Assembly (NCBI GenBank): GCA_963675495.1
Contig: OY776215.1
Span: 2,528,001 to 2,592,000, forward strand
Direction of reading: 5' to 3'
DNA length: 64,000 nucleotides
From: an uncultured Methanolobus sp.
GTDB taxonomy: Archaea > Halobacteriota > Methanosarcinia > Methanosarcinales > Methanosarcinaceae
The position numbers and the translations under genes are program-made. Positions within the stretch are counted from its first letter, which is position 1. The number at the start of each line of letters is the position of its first letter. The notes beneath the pieces were generated by a model. That model was given only the letters and a program-made list of their open reading frames with translations. It ran no database searches and was not told where the DNA came from. This document shows positions 1 through 9,850 of the stretch, in pieces.

Positions 1-479
1 GCGAGTCTCTGATAGATGCTGATATTGAGCAATCCGGTGAATTCATAAAGGATGTTGCAAGCAGTGTAAGGAGATACAAATCCGAGCATGGCATGGCACT
101 TAATGCCCCTCTTGCAAAAATAGAGATATATGGCAGTCTTGCAGACATCACCGACGTACTTGGTGCCACGAATTCTCCAGTTGAGGTAATTGCAGGAGAG
201 CCTGATTTTGAGCATGTTCCTGTGAATGTCAAACCCAATATGGGCGTTATCGGTCCTAAATTCAGGGGACAGGCAAAGGATATAATCAATGCACTAATTG
301 AAGAGAATCCCAGGAAAATTGCTGATGAGATCGCAAAAGGAAAGATAACTGTAAAAGTTAATGGCGATATTCTTGAACTTGAACCCGAATGTGTTGGGAT
401 AGAGAAAGAAGTTGTCTCTGCAGGAAGGGCAGTTGACGTTCTTGATATCGGCGGAGTTCCTGTTGTTATTGTGAGGTAA
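1..479 (+). CDS. valS: Valyl-tRNA synthetase, C-terminal part (5' truncated by window)
   Basis: Frame is open from the window start (ESLIDADIEQSGEFIKDVASSVRRYKSEHGMALNAPL...VKPNMGVIGPKFR), typical of the archaeal ValRS C-terminus; stop TAA at 477-479. Confidence 0.8.
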   Translation, partial: ESLIDADIEQSGEFIKDVASSVRRYKSEHGMALNAPLAKIEIYGSLADITDVLGATNSPVEVIAGEPDFEHVPVNVKPNMGVIGPKFRGQAKDIINALIEENPRKIADEIAKGKITVKVNGDILELEPECVGIEKEVVSAGRAVDVLDIGGVPVVIVR

Positions 480-640
480 AGTTATTATGGGTGCGGTATG
501 TGGGGTCTCTCCTCATAAACTTTAAAAGCATCCATTACTTATTTTACCAATGTAACTACCTTGGAAATAATGCAGGGTAATACTATCGGGATAGTACCAT
601 TAATAATCAAATAATATTTATCTGCTTGACAGGTGATTAG

Positions 641-1123
641 TTGAAAATAAAATCCAGAGTACAGCTAAGAAAATCAGCAAAGAATCAACTCTTGAGTGAT
701 GTAACCTCTATTTTTGGTGAAGCTGTAAAGCAACTTGAAAAGAGCAAGTTTGAAACGGCAAACATAGATGATCTGTCGCTTGTACTTGTTGACGGGGAAC
801 CGTTGCTATTCCAGATAAATGGCTTTTACTTCCCTACTGTAAAAGGAGTCTTGAATCTCGGTCTGACGAAAAACGTGGTAAAGGTTGATTCCGGTGCGGT
901 TCGTTTTGTTGTAAACGGTGCTGATATTATGTGTCCGGGAATTGTTGGTGCTGATTCTGATATAGGGGAGAATGACCCTGTTATCATTATTGAAGAGGCA
1001 CATGGCAAACCTTTGGCCATTGGCACGGCTTTGATGCCAGGGGCTGATATGGTGGGAAATAAGGGCAAAGCTGTAAAGTCCATACATTACGTAGGTGACA
1101 AGCTCTGGAATCTGGACATCTGA
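641..1123 (+). CDS. PUA-domain RNA-binding protein (DUF1947 + PUA; Tma20/MCT-1-like)
   Basis: VDSGAVRFVVNGADIMCPGI and KGKAVKSIHYVGD motifs; AGGTGA SD before TTG. Confidence 0.85.
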   Translation: MKIKSRVQLRKSAKNQLLSDVTSIFGEAVKQLEKSKFETANIDDLSLVLVDGEPLLFQINGFYFPTVKGVLNLGLTKNVVKVDSGAVRFVVNGADIMCPGIVGADSDIGENDPVIIIEEAHGKPLAIGTALMPGADMVGNKGKAVKSIHYVGDKLWNLDI

Positions 1124-1252
1124 AAGAAATCATTAAAATAGGATGAGTTTTAATATAAATAGCAGCAACAGTTTATATTAACAGTCCGGTAACATTTTAA
1201 GTAGTAGTGATATTATTATATAACAAAGTTTTTGAATACATGAGGGCGAATT

Positions 1253-1633
1253 ATGGCAAACATCGTGAACAAATTATTTGGTAGCAGCAACAAAAGCTCA
1301 ACCACTGAGGATGAATATACAGAACTTGACCTCACTAAGTATGAAGAGGTAATGGATGATGAACCTGCAGAAACCTACATACGGGTTGCAGAGCTCACAA
1401 ACCTCAATGAGCTGACCTCACTCAAAAAAGAGATATATGACGGTAATATCGTAATGATCGATATATCCAACATCAAGGTGGACAAGTTGTTGCTTGATCG
1501 TGCTTTGAAAGACCTCAAAGAGGTCGTAATGGATGTTCATGGCGACATTGCCGGCATCAAGGAAGACCAGGTCCTTGTAACACCGATGGGTATCAAGATC
1601 GATAGGTCAAAGTTAACTGGTGGCAGATATTGA
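1253..1633 (+). CDS. sepF: Cell division protein SepF
   Basis: YIRVAEL...EIYDGNIVMIDIS...GDIAGI...VLVTP pattern of archaeal SepF. Confidence 0.85.
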   Translation: MANIVNKLFGSSNKSSTTEDEYTELDLTKYEEVMDDEPAETYIRVAELTNLNELTSLKKEIYDGNIVMIDISNIKVDKLLLDRALKDLKEVVMDVHGDIAGIKEDQVLVTPMGIKIDRSKLTGGRY

Positions 1634-2268
1634 ACGGTAGAGAATCCTGCCAGAGTTTTGAAACGAGAACGTCATGTCCTCTTTGCCATGAAGATCTGGT
1701 AATAAAGTGGCAGGGTGACGATATCCCTTATTTTGGCGAGGTGATGCATATTACTGCATTATGTAAATGCAGTTTCAGATTTGCTGATACCTTAATTCTT
1801 TCGCAGAAAGAACCAATGAGGTATGTATTGAAGGTGGAGGGTCCTGAGGATCTCAACAGCAGGGTAGTACGTTCCACTTCTGGTACCATCCACATACCTG
1901 AGCTTGGGATTGACGTAGAACCTGGTTCAATCTCAGATTCTTACATTACAAACATTGAAGGGGTTCTTGACAGGATCTACAATGTGGTCATCACTGCTAC
2001 TAAATGGTCGGTGGATGATGAAGAGAAGCACTCTCGCGGACTTGAGGTTCAAAAAGCACTTGAAGAGGCAATTGAGGGAAAACGGTCTCTTACCGTTATC
2101 ATCGAGGATCCTTTTGGTAATAGTGCTATTATTTCTGATAAAGCTGAATCCTGCGCGCTTTCTCCGGAAGATTCTGCAAATCTAAAAACTGGGATGATAG
2201 TCTTTGATATGAATTCTTCAGAGATGGAACTTGATGCATCTGACTCCGAGCATCAGTTAAAGGAATGA
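1630..2268 (+). CDS. ZPR1 zinc-finger domain protein
   Basis: CPLC...IPYFGEV...CKC, RVVRSTSGTIHIPELG, TNIEGVL and IIEDPFGNS motifs. Confidence 0.9.
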   Translation: MNGRESCQSFETRTSCPLCHEDLVIKWQGDDIPYFGEVMHITALCKCSFRFADTLILSQKEPMRYVLKVEGPEDLNSRVVRSTSGTIHIPELGIDVEPGSISDSYITNIEGVLDRIYNVVITATKWSVDDEEKHSRGLEVQKALEEAIEGKRSLTVIIEDPFGNSAIISDKAESCALSPEDSANLKTGMIVFDMNSSEMELDASDSEHQLKE

Positions 2269-2366
2269 TCTTCCATCCTTGCTCCTTTTTTACTTTGATA
2301 AACTTTAAGTATTTATTTGCTTAAAGTGTATTATTATACATATATTTTACAAAAGGGGGAAGTTAT

Positions 2367-3119
2367 CTGGAAGAAGAATCACTTAAAGAGCCTGGAATAC
2401 CATTAATTGGTGATGATGCACCTGCCTTTAAAGCCAGAACTACTTTGGGCATGGTAAATTTCCCGGAGGACTATAAAGGGAAATGGATTATCTTTTTCAG
2501 TCATCCTTCTGACTTCACTCCGGTCTGCACTACGGAATTCATAAAATGTGCTACTATGCAGGAAGAACTAAGATCGCTTAACACGGAGCTCATTGGTCTT
2601 TCTGTTGATAGTATCTATTCTCATATCGCATGGCTTAAGACTATACGGGACAGGATTGACTACAAAGATTTCAAGAACATAGATGTGATGTTTCCGGTTA
2701 TCGAAGATCAGAGGATGGAGGTTGCACGTAAATATGGCATGATCCATCCAAATGCTCATTATACCCCCGAGGCGATTCTCGAGAAGTTTGAACGATCTGG
2801 TGGAGTTTTACCAATAGAAGAATTTACTACAGAGACGATACGTGCTGTTTTTATCATTGACCCCTTGGGTAAAATAAGAGCTATGCTCTATTATCCTTTC
2901 TCAAATGGAAGGAGCATGGATGAGGTAAAACGTCTATTAATTGCGATTCAAAAATCGGACAGTGAAAATGTTTCAACCCCGGAAGGCTGGTTGCCTGGGG
3001 ATGACGTAATTGCGCCATGTCCTGTTACATGGACTGATGTAAAGGAAATATCTGATAGGTCAGGTGATGATATGAAATGTATTGACTGGTTCCTTTGCAT
3101 GAAAAAAGACAGGCAATAG
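2367..3119 (+). CDS. Peroxiredoxin (Prx6/archaeal type); probable CTG start
   Basis: FSHPSDFTPVCTTEF active site and C-terminal CIDWFLC; the conserved N-terminal PLIGDDAPAFKARTT lies upstream of the ORF-track start (2445); CTG at 2367 follows a GGGGGA SD. Confidence 0.9.
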   Translation: MEEESLKEPGIPLIGDDAPAFKARTTLGMVNFPEDYKGKWIIFFSHPSDFTPVCTTEFIKCATMQEELRSLNTELIGLSVDSIYSHIAWLKTIRDRIDYKDFKNIDVMFPVIEDQRMEVARKYGMIHPNAHYTPEAILEKFERSGGVLPIEEFTTETIRAVFIIDPLGKIRAMLYYPFSNGRSMDEVKRLLIAIQKSDSENVSTPEGWLPGDDVIAPCPVTWTDVKEISDRSGDDMKCIDWFLCMKKDRQ

Positions 3120-3257
3120 GTTTTATCTATACATTATTTTCTATTTTTCTTCATTTTACCTTTTCGTACTTTAGAGCCTATTCAATCTAGGAAAGGAAAT
3201 GCCTATAAGCAATGTACTTGTTAATGTAGCCAAAATCAGTTATAAGCAGGTGAATAT

Positions 3258-4694
3258 ATGGCAGAGCAAGAAAAAGAGGCTGCGCTTCCTTCAAAAGAGA
3301 ATTTCAGTGAATGGTATAATGACCTTCTGTTGAAAGGTGAGATTATGGACGTACGTTATCCTGTCAAAGGATTATATGTATGGTTCCCTTTTGGTTTCAA
3401 CATCAGGAGAAATGTTTACGATATCATTCGTAAGTTGCTTGATAAGGATCATCAGGAGACATTGTTCCCACTTCTTATTCCGGAAAATGAGTTTATGAAA
3501 GAGGCCGAACACATAAAGGGCTTTGAAGAAGAGGTTTATTGGGTAACGCACGGAGGTACTTCTCCGCTGGATGTTAAACTGGCACTCCGTCCTACAAGTG
3601 AAACTGCTATCTATCCTATGTACAAATTGTGGATAAGGTCCCATGCAGATATGCCTCTTAAGCTATACCAGATAGTTAACACATTCAGGTATGAGACTAA
3701 GCATACACGTCCTCTTATCAGGCTGCGTGAGATTACCTCTTTCAAGGAAGCACATACTGTTCATGCAACCTGGGATGATGCAGCTGCACAGGTGGATGAA
3801 GCCATTAGGCTTTATACTGAGTTCTACCGTCAACTCGCAGTTCCTGTTCTTGCATCTAAAAGACCGGACTGGGACAAATTCCCTGGTGCGGACTACACGA
3901 TAGCTACTGATGCCCTGATGCCTGATGGCAAGACCTTACAGGTAGGCACGGCTCACCACCTTGGTGACAATTTTGCGAAGACATTTGACATAACCTATGA
4001 GGATGCAGAAGGTGAGCAGGTTTTCGCTTATCAGACATGCTATGGTGTTTCAGAACGTTCCATAGCTTCCATGATATCCATTCATGGTGATGATAAGGGC
4101 CTGGTGCTTCCTCCTGCGGTTGCTCCGGTACAGGTCGTGATAATCCCTATCGTTTTCAAAAAGCCTGAAGGTGTCCCTGAAGCATGTGAGAAAGTAATGA
4201 GTGCTCTTGAAGCAGCAGGTATTCGTGTAAAGATGGATGCGAGCGACAGCCGCCCTGGTGCTAAGTACTATAAATGGGAAATGCGCGGGGTTCCTGTTAG
4301 GCTGGAACTTGGTCCAAGGGACCTTAAAAATAATGCTGCCATGCTTGCACGCCGTGATACTGGCGAAAAACTGCAGGTATCTCTTGACAATATCACAGAT
4401 GAGGTTTTGTCCCTGCTTGATGGAATTCATGAGAATTTGTATGAAAAGGCAAAGGCAAGTGTGCAGGAACGTATTTTTGACTGTGATGACCTTGCTGTCA
4501 CTAAGGAAAAACTCACAGAGGGTATTGCAAAGGTCTTCTGGTGTGGCAATAAGGAATGTGGCTTGAAACTTGAGGAAGAGATTGGTGCGGGCATACTTGG
4601 TATACCTACTGAGCAAACAGAAGGTTGCTCCGGCAAATGTCCTGTGTGTGGTTCAGATGCAGATACTCAGGTGTATGTTGCCAGGACTTATTGA
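3258..4694 (+). CDS. proS: Prolyl-tRNA synthetase (archaeal type)
   Basis: [24 protein letters not shown] and QTCYGVSER motifs; C-terminal Zn Cys pairs; terminal ARTY. Confidence 0.97.
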   Translation: MAEQEKEAALPSKENFSEWYNDLLLKGEIMDVRYPVKGLYVWFPFGFNIRRNVYDIIRKLLDKDHQETLFPLLIPENEFMKEAEHIKGFEEEVYWVTHGGTSPLDVKLALRPTSETAIYPMYKLWIRSHADMPLKLYQIVNTFRYETKHTRPLIRLREITSFKEAHTVHATWDDAAAQVDEAIRLYTEFYRQLAVPVLASKRPDWDKFPGADYTIATDALMPDGKTLQVGTAHHLGDNFAKTFDITYEDAEGEQVFAYQTCYGVSERSIASMISIHGDDKGLVLPPAVAPVQVVIIPIVFKKPEGVPEACEKVMSALEAAGIRVKMDASDSRPGAKYYKWEMRGVPVRLELGPRDLKNNAAMLARRDTGEKLQVSLDNITDEVLSLLDGIHENLYEKAKASVQERIFDCDDLAVTKEKLTEGIAKVFWCGNKECGLKLEEEIGAGILGIPTEQTEGCSGKCPVCGSDADTQVYVARTY

Positions 4695-4748
4695 CGTTTG
4701 TCTGGAAACTGTCATATACTCCCTGTAAAATACATCTAGGCGATTGGT

Positions 4749-5825
4749 ATGGATACATTAGCACCCGAAAAAGTCCGGTTACCTGAAAAACCGTTGTTTG
4801 TATGTGTTCTAGGAAACACAGAAACTGCTTATATCGAAGGTCTCTCCGCTGCAGGCAAGACTGCAAAACTTACAGATTATACTCCAGCAGGCGATGCGGA
4901 AGTCCTTGAGACAGGAACTATCATAGACGTTCCATTCCTGCCAATGACTCCGCCGTATGATACGCCTACGCCTGCACTTATTACTCGCGCAGCGTTGTCA
5001 ATTACGGGTATTCCGCATGTTTTTGTAAATGCGGGCTTAAAAGTTCTTCCAGCAAAACAGGTGCCACTTATTGACATCGGTGGAATGCCTGGCGATGATA
5101 TCAGAAAACCGACTGCTGTACACAATGTTGAAAATGCATTCAAAAATGCCTTCAAGCTTGGTGAGGAGCTCGCAAAGGACCATGATCTCATTGTGATTGG
5201 AGAGAGCATCGCTGCAGGGACCACAACTGCCAACGCAGTGCTTCAGTCATTGGGTTATGATGGTAATGTTAGCAGTAGTTCCAGTTCAAATCCTTTGGAT
5301 CTCAAAAAACAGGTTGTAGATGATGCTTTAAAGTCATCCTCTATTACTTTTGGTTCTCTGGGTGAGGACCCCCTTAAAGCAGTAGCTTCAGTTGGGGATC
5401 CAATGATGGTTGCTGTTGCAGGAATTGCCGCAGGTCTTGGGGATACCCCTGTTATTCTTGCAGGTGGCACTCAGATGGCTTCTATATTTGCTGTTATCAA
5501 GCATCTGGGTTACTCTACAGGTAATATTAAAATTGTTACTACCACTTACGTCGTGCAGGATGAGTCTGCTAATTTCACAGAACTTGCAGGTGAGATTGGT
5601 GCTGTTTTTGAAGGTGTTGATCCTGAATTCGGTAAATCCGCATTCAAGGGTTTGCAACAGTATGAAGCTGGTTTTGTCAAAGAAGGTGTAGGTGCGGGTG
5701 GAGCTATCTATCTGGCGGGCATGTTCGGCTATTCCATGGAAGAACTACGCTTAAAGATCGAAGAACTTTGTGATGAGTTGTGCAAATTCGGAGATATTGA
5801 TAGGATAGCTAACGAAAATATGTAA
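4749..5825 (+). CDS. cobT: Nicotinate-mononucleotide-dependent phosphoribosyltransferase CobT (archaeal type)
   Basis: YTPAGDAE, PTPALITRA, GESIAAGTTTA, LAGGTQM and VKEGVGAGG motifs. Confidence 0.88.
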   Translation: MDTLAPEKVRLPEKPLFVCVLGNTETAYIEGLSAAGKTAKLTDYTPAGDAEVLETGTIIDVPFLPMTPPYDTPTPALITRAALSITGIPHVFVNAGLKVLPAKQVPLIDIGGMPGDDIRKPTAVHNVENAFKNAFKLGEELAKDHDLIVIGESIAAGTTTANAVLQSLGYDGNVSSSSSSNPLDLKKQVVDDALKSSSITFGSLGEDPLKAVASVGDPMMVAVAGIAAGLGDTPVILAGGTQMASIFAVIKHLGYSTGNIKIVTTTYVVQDESANFTELAGEIGAVFEGVDPEFGKSAFKGLQQYEAGFVKEGVGAGGAIYLAGMFGYSMEELRLKIEELCDELCKFGDIDRIANENM

Positions 5826-5894
5826 CATCAGGGTAATAGTACCGCTAAATATATCTTTGATAAGATGTATTCTGGGGGTACTGCCCGAATTTAT

Positions 5895-6090
5895 GGGGCT
5901 GTGGCCTAGCCCGGCATGGCGATGGGCTCCAGCGGATAAATGATGAACAACGGGTCTACTGAGACTAACCCGACGGGGTTGGTTTGTGAGGAACCGTTGG
6001 AGCACTGATATGTGCTCATTAACTGAATGCTGTTTTTTGCAGCTGTTCGGAGAGACCCGTCGATCGTGAGTTCGAATCTCACCAGCCCCA
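5895..6090 (+). tRNA. tRNA-Trp(CCA) with 122-nt intron at position 37/38 (intron 5933-6054)
   Basis: Acceptor GGGGCTG/CAGCCCC, anticodon stem ATGGG/CCCGT, loop CT-CCA-G|A, T-arm GTGAG-TTCGAAT-CTCAC; 3' CCA not encoded; TATA-like AAATATAT upstream. Confidence 0.95.
5933..6054 (+). ncRNA. Intronic box C/D guide RNA for 2'-O-methylation of pre-tRNA-Trp positions 34 and 39
   Basis: Box C ATGATGA 5940-46, D' CTGA 5959-62, C' GTGAGGA 5986-92, D CTGA 6005-08; guides ACGGGTCT and CCGTTGGAGC pair with the pre-tRNA; the N+5 rule gives C6056 (pos 39) and C5929 (pos 34). Confidence 0.9.
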
Positions 6091-6292
6091 CATTAATTTC
6101 TTGCAGTGTTTGTCATTTCTGCAAGGTTAGTTTCTATGCCTAAACTATATATGTAGATAGAACTATATAATTAACAGTAAAAATAATTCGATTAATTTAT
6201 GCTTAATTGTGTAACAAGGCGCAATGCTCACCAGCAGATTTATATTGTAATATATTTATTTAATTTACGTGTAAACAGGGAGCCTATGATTC

Positions 6293-7069
6293 ATGTCAAA
6301 TAGGGATAAAGTACTCATTGTTGATGACGAACAGGCCATAGTTGAATTAATGGGCCTCTACCTTAAGTCAGACTATGAAGTAATTCCTGCATATAGTGGA
6401 CAGGAAGCGCTGGATAAGGTCAAAAGTGAAAAGCCCGACATAATTCTGCTTGATGTGATGATGCCTGATATGAATGGGTATGAGGTTTGCAGGGTTTTAA
6501 AAACATCTGTTGAAACCCAGTTCCTTCCTGTTGTTATGGTTACTGCATTATCCGGCAAAGATGACCGTATCAAAGGGATAGAGGTGGGAGCTGATGAGTT
6601 CCTTGGCAAGCCTGTAAACAGACTTGAGCTTGTTACTCGGGTCAAATCTCTTTTAAGAATGAAGCATCTCCAGGATAAGATCCTTGCTGAAAGGAATGAA
6701 GCAATGAACTATCTGGATATTGCAGGTTTTATTATTTTTGTCCTTGACGGAGATATGAAGATCAATCTCGTTAATTCAAAAGGCAACGATATTCTTGGTT
6801 ACGGTGAATTTGAACTGATAGGCCATGACTTTTCTAAATTACTTGTTCCTGAAGTGCTAAAGGAAGATGTCAGGGGAAAGTTTGAAGGGGCTTTAAGCGG
6901 TGAATCCGGGCTGCCGGAATTCATAGAGCACCCTGTAATTGCAAAGGATGGAAGGGAAGTTCCAGTGCGCTGGTATAATGTTGTTCTAAAAAATGTGGAT
7001 GGTAATATTACTGGTATCTTATGTTCTGGTGAGGATCTAAGTAAATTCCAGCAAGGTATTCGTTTTTGA
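6293..7069 (+). CDS. Response regulator, REC + PAS domain
   Basis: VLIVDD...LLDVMMP...VTA...KP receiver motifs, then a PAS fold (N...ILGY...ELIG...KDG...W...G). Confidence 0.9.
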   Translation: MSNRDKVLIVDDEQAIVELMGLYLKSDYEVIPAYSGQEALDKVKSEKPDIILLDVMMPDMNGYEVCRVLKTSVETQFLPVVMVTALSGKDDRIKGIEVGADEFLGKPVNRLELVTRVKSLLRMKHLQDKILAERNEAMNYLDIAGFIIFVLDGDMKINLVNSKGNDILGYGEFELIGHDFSKLLVPEVLKEDVRGKFEGALSGESGLPEFIEHPVIAKDGREVPVRWYNVVLKNVDGNITGILCSGEDLSKFQQGIRF

Positions 7070-7084
7070 AGTGCTCTATATATT

Positions 7085-7387
7085 TTAAGGATCTTCAATG
7101 GGGCAGTTGTTGTCTTCTTCCTCATTCTTGAAAAGATTCTTTGTTGTACAGCATATCCACTTTTGATGTAGTATCAGGTGTATCCCTGTAAAAAATGTCA
7201 TCATAATTGCCGATCTGGTATGTATCAGTGTCCACATGGCTTTTGTTATTCCTAGATATTCCTGATATCTTCCCTTTGGAACTCCTGAAGGTATCATAAG
7301 GTACATAACAAATCCCGTGACTGCAGCTATCATGAATAATATTGTCAATATGGCATCAATTAAATAGTTCAATTTTGTTCGGTTCAT
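7085..7387 (-). CDS. DUF4405-like small membrane protein (cytochrome b-like His pattern)
   Basis: Two hydrophobic helices and a W..IH......HLILHxxW motif. Confidence 0.75.
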   Translation of the reverse strand: MNRTKLNYLIDAILTILFMIAAVTGFVMYLMIPSGVPKGRYQEYLGITKAMWTLIHTRSAIMMTFFTGIHLILHQKWICCTTKNLFKNEEEDNNCPIEDP

Positions 7388-7548
7388 TATTCATTCTCTT
7401 ATTTGCAGGTATTATTCTTGCATTAATGCAATACATTGGTTTTTAATGCGGTATATCATTTTTAGACTTATGGTTTGTTTGAAATTTTTTGTTTTTCTTT
7501 GCTGGTTGGTGCAAAGGTTTAAATTCAATTGCGTTAAGTAGTAGTCCT

Positions 7549-7620
7549 GTTTCATTGTCGGGATAAGTCCCGTGGGAATGTAGCTTTACAAAAGCTGAAC
7601 CGTGAAACTAGAAATGAAAC
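7549..7620 (+). promoter_or_regulatory. Structured 5' leader of rpl15e (probable eL15-Euryarchaeota ribosomal leader)
   Basis: Closing stem GTTTCATT(7549-56)/AATGAAAC(7613-20) encloses hairpins GGGA-TAAG-TCCC and AGCTTT-ACA-AAAGCT; lies between TATA-like TTTAAAT (~7518) and the AGGTGA SD. Confidence 0.7.
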
Positions 7621-7633
7621 TTAGGTGAATAAA

Positions 7634-8224
7634 TTGTCAAAATCATTTTACGCATACGTAAGAGACGCATGGAAAGACCCGGACGCAACATATGTCCATG
7701 AACTAAGATGGGAAAGACTTCAGGAATGGAGAAAGGAAGGATCTGTTACAAAGATCAGACGTCCAACCCGTATAGACCGTGCTCGCTCCCTTGGATACAA
7801 GGCTAAGCAGGGTATCATTGTAGCTCGTGTACATGTACGCAGAGGTAGTCTGAGAAAGTCCAGGTATATCCGTGGAAGACGTACCCAGCGCATGGGTAAG
7901 AACAAGATCACTGCCGGAAAGAGCATTCAGAGAATTGCTGAAGAGCGTGCTGGCAGAAAGTTCCCTAACATGGAAGTTCTCAACTCTTACTGGGTTGGTG
8001 AAGATGGTAAACTTAAGTGGTACGAGGTAATTCTTGTAGACCCAAGCCATCCTGTGATCAAAAGCGACAAGAACCTCAACTGGATATGCAACAACACCCA
8101 TAAGGGACGTGCAAACCGTGGTAAGACCAGTGCAGGCCGTAAGGGCAGAGGAATGATGTCACGTGGAACAGGTACTGAGAAGAACAGACCAAGTATCAGG
8201 TCAAACCTTAACAGGGGCAAGTGA
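7634..8224 (+). CDS. rpl15e: 50S ribosomal protein L15e
   Basis: [18 protein letters not shown] and [21 protein letters not shown] motifs; TTG start after AGGTGA. Confidence 0.97.
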   Translation: MSKSFYAYVRDAWKDPDATYVHELRWERLQEWRKEGSVTKIRRPTRIDRARSLGYKAKQGIIVARVHVRRGSLRKSRYIRGRRTQRMGKNKITAGKSIQRIAEERAGRKFPNMEVLNSYWVGEDGKLKWYEVILVDPSHPVIKSDKNLNWICNNTHKGRANRGKTSAGRKGRGMMSRGTGTEKNRPSIRSNLNRGK

Positions 8225-8676
8225 TCCATTATATTAACTTGCGCGTGATCGCGCACTCAACTGAGGATATTTCCAGGGTACGTAATGCCCTGGACTTCTT
8301 TTTACGGAATGCCATAGGCAGATCATGTGATGCTGTTACTGACGAACTTGTAGATGTAACGGATATTGAAGGTCATTATGGCAACTCTTCTGTGATGCTC
8401 AGTTCGCAGATCACTCGCAAATCTGACACTGTAAAGATTGCCAGTTTCATCCGGGAGAATATGTCTCTTGATGATGTTGAGCTTCTTCGCAGTGAGATGC
8501 CTGACAGGCTGGATGGCGATCAGTTATTCCATATGAGGTTTGATAAACAGTCAGCTTCTTTGGGGAAGCTGGAATTGAGTTCCTCTTCCGATGCTATCAT
8601 CATAAAGGTAAAGATAGCTACTTATCCTAAGAACCGTGTTCAAGCGGGACAGATTGTGGAGGAATTGTTTGGCTAG
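8221..8676 (+). CDS. Predicted RNA-binding protein of the exosome superoperon (COG1325)
   Basis: HSTED..RV, EGHYGN and RFDKQ motifs; conserved position after rpl15e. Confidence 0.85.
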   Translation: MIHYINLRVIAHSTEDISRVRNALDFFLRNAIGRSCDAVTDELVDVTDIEGHYGNSSVMLSSQITRKSDTVKIASFIRENMSLDDVELLRSEMPDRLDGDQLFHMRFDKQSASLGKLELSSSSDAIIIKVKIATYPKNRVQAGQIVEELFG

Positions 8677-9409
8677 GTCCAATTTCTACGATCTGAACAT
8701 CTATTCTGAACCTGAAGGTAAAAATACGATTGAAGAAATGGCTACTCTTTCAAAGCATTTTTGCTATAAGGGTATTGCTATTACCAATTCTTCAAAATCG
8801 TGTTCTCCTGTAAGGTCTACTTGTTTCGGTGACTTTGAGGTTTTCAGTGGAGTTGAACTGAATGTGGATAATGCTTCAAAGTTGCATGGACTTATAGGCA
8901 AATATCGAAAAATGGTCGATGTTATTATTGTCCATGGTGGCAGTGAAAGCATAAACCGGGCGGCTGTAGAAAATTCTAATGTAGATGTCCTTTCTAATTT
9001 TGGATCCTTAAAGGACAATGGATTTAATCATGTACTTGCCAAGTCTGCAAATGAGAATGATGTGGCAATTTCTTTCGATCTCGGTGACATCATAAGTTAT
9101 CGTGGTGGTAGAAGGGTAAAGGCATTGTCTAATTTCAGAAAGGACCTGAAACTTGTACGCAAGTATGATGTTCCTTTTTTGCTCACCAGCAATGCAAGGT
9201 CATGTTATGACTTGCGTGCTCCTCAAGAGTTGATTGCCCTTGCTGGGCTTTTTGGCATGACGCGTGAAGAAGCTATTTGTGGCCTTTCTGCTACTCCGGA
9301 ATCTATTATATCAAGGAACCGTCCTTCTGCTAATTACGTTTTTGAAGGCGTGGAAATCGTCAGTGACCACTTAGGTGCTTCTTTTTTGAGTGACGGTGAT
9401 GATGTATGA
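8669..9409 (+). CDS. rnp3: RNase P protein component 3 (Rpp30)
   Basis: FYDLN, VHGG....NRAAVEN, NHVLAK and TSNA...YDLRAP motifs; TTG start at 8669. Confidence 0.9.
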   Translation: MARSNFYDLNIYSEPEGKNTIEEMATLSKHFCYKGIAITNSSKSCSPVRSTCFGDFEVFSGVELNVDNASKLHGLIGKYRKMVDVIIVHGGSESINRAAVENSNVDVLSNFGSLKDNGFNHVLAKSANENDVAISFDLGDIISYRGGRRVKALSNFRKDLKLVRKYDVPFLLTSNARSCYDLRAPQELIALAGLFGMTREEAICGLSATPESIISRNRPSANYVFEGVEIVSDHLGASFLSDGDDV

Positions 9410-9771
9410 AGGTACTCCCTCCTACAATGCGGGAAAATAAAAGGTATCTTGCATTTGAACTTATAGCTGAGGGCCAGGTGACTAGGGACGAATTGATAAG
9501 GGAGATATTCTCCGCGTCAGGCAGTTTGCTTGGTGATCTTGGTTCGAGTGAATGTAACATATGGCTTTTTGCCTTCGATGACCTTAAAGGTGTAGTCAGT
9601 TGTGAGCGGGAACATGTATGGCAAACACGTGCTGCTCTTGCTACAATTACCAACGTAAAAGGGAAAAAAGTCAGTTTTCATATTCTGGGTGTGTCGGGTA
9701 CGGTTCTTGGAGCAACAAAAAAGTATTTAGAGGGTGTAGATGTATTTACCCCGAAGAACAGTCACATATAA
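9406..9771 (+). CDS. rnp2: RNase P protein component 2 (Pop5)
   Basis: LPPTMRENKRYLAF and LGVSGT motifs. Confidence 0.92.
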   Translation: MKVLPPTMRENKRYLAFELIAEGQVTRDELIREIFSASGSLLGDLGSSECNIWLFAFDDLKGVVSCEREHVWQTRAALATITNVKGKKVSFHILGVSGTVLGATKKYLEGVDVFTPKNSHI

Positions 9772-9850
9772 ATGAATAGAAAGCATATTTCAGTTAGTTA
9801 TCGTATATATTCTATTATTATTCATAAATAAATTAGGAGATGAAGTGAAG

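Noticed and set aside
3117-3224. Pyrrolysine readthrough after the TAG stops of peroxiredoxin (also 8676 and 40766)
   Set aside because: Extensions are short or T-rich terminator-like sequence, and the upstream proteins look complete
5906-6091. 61-aa minus-strand ORF
   Set aside because: Antisense to the tRNA-Trp gene
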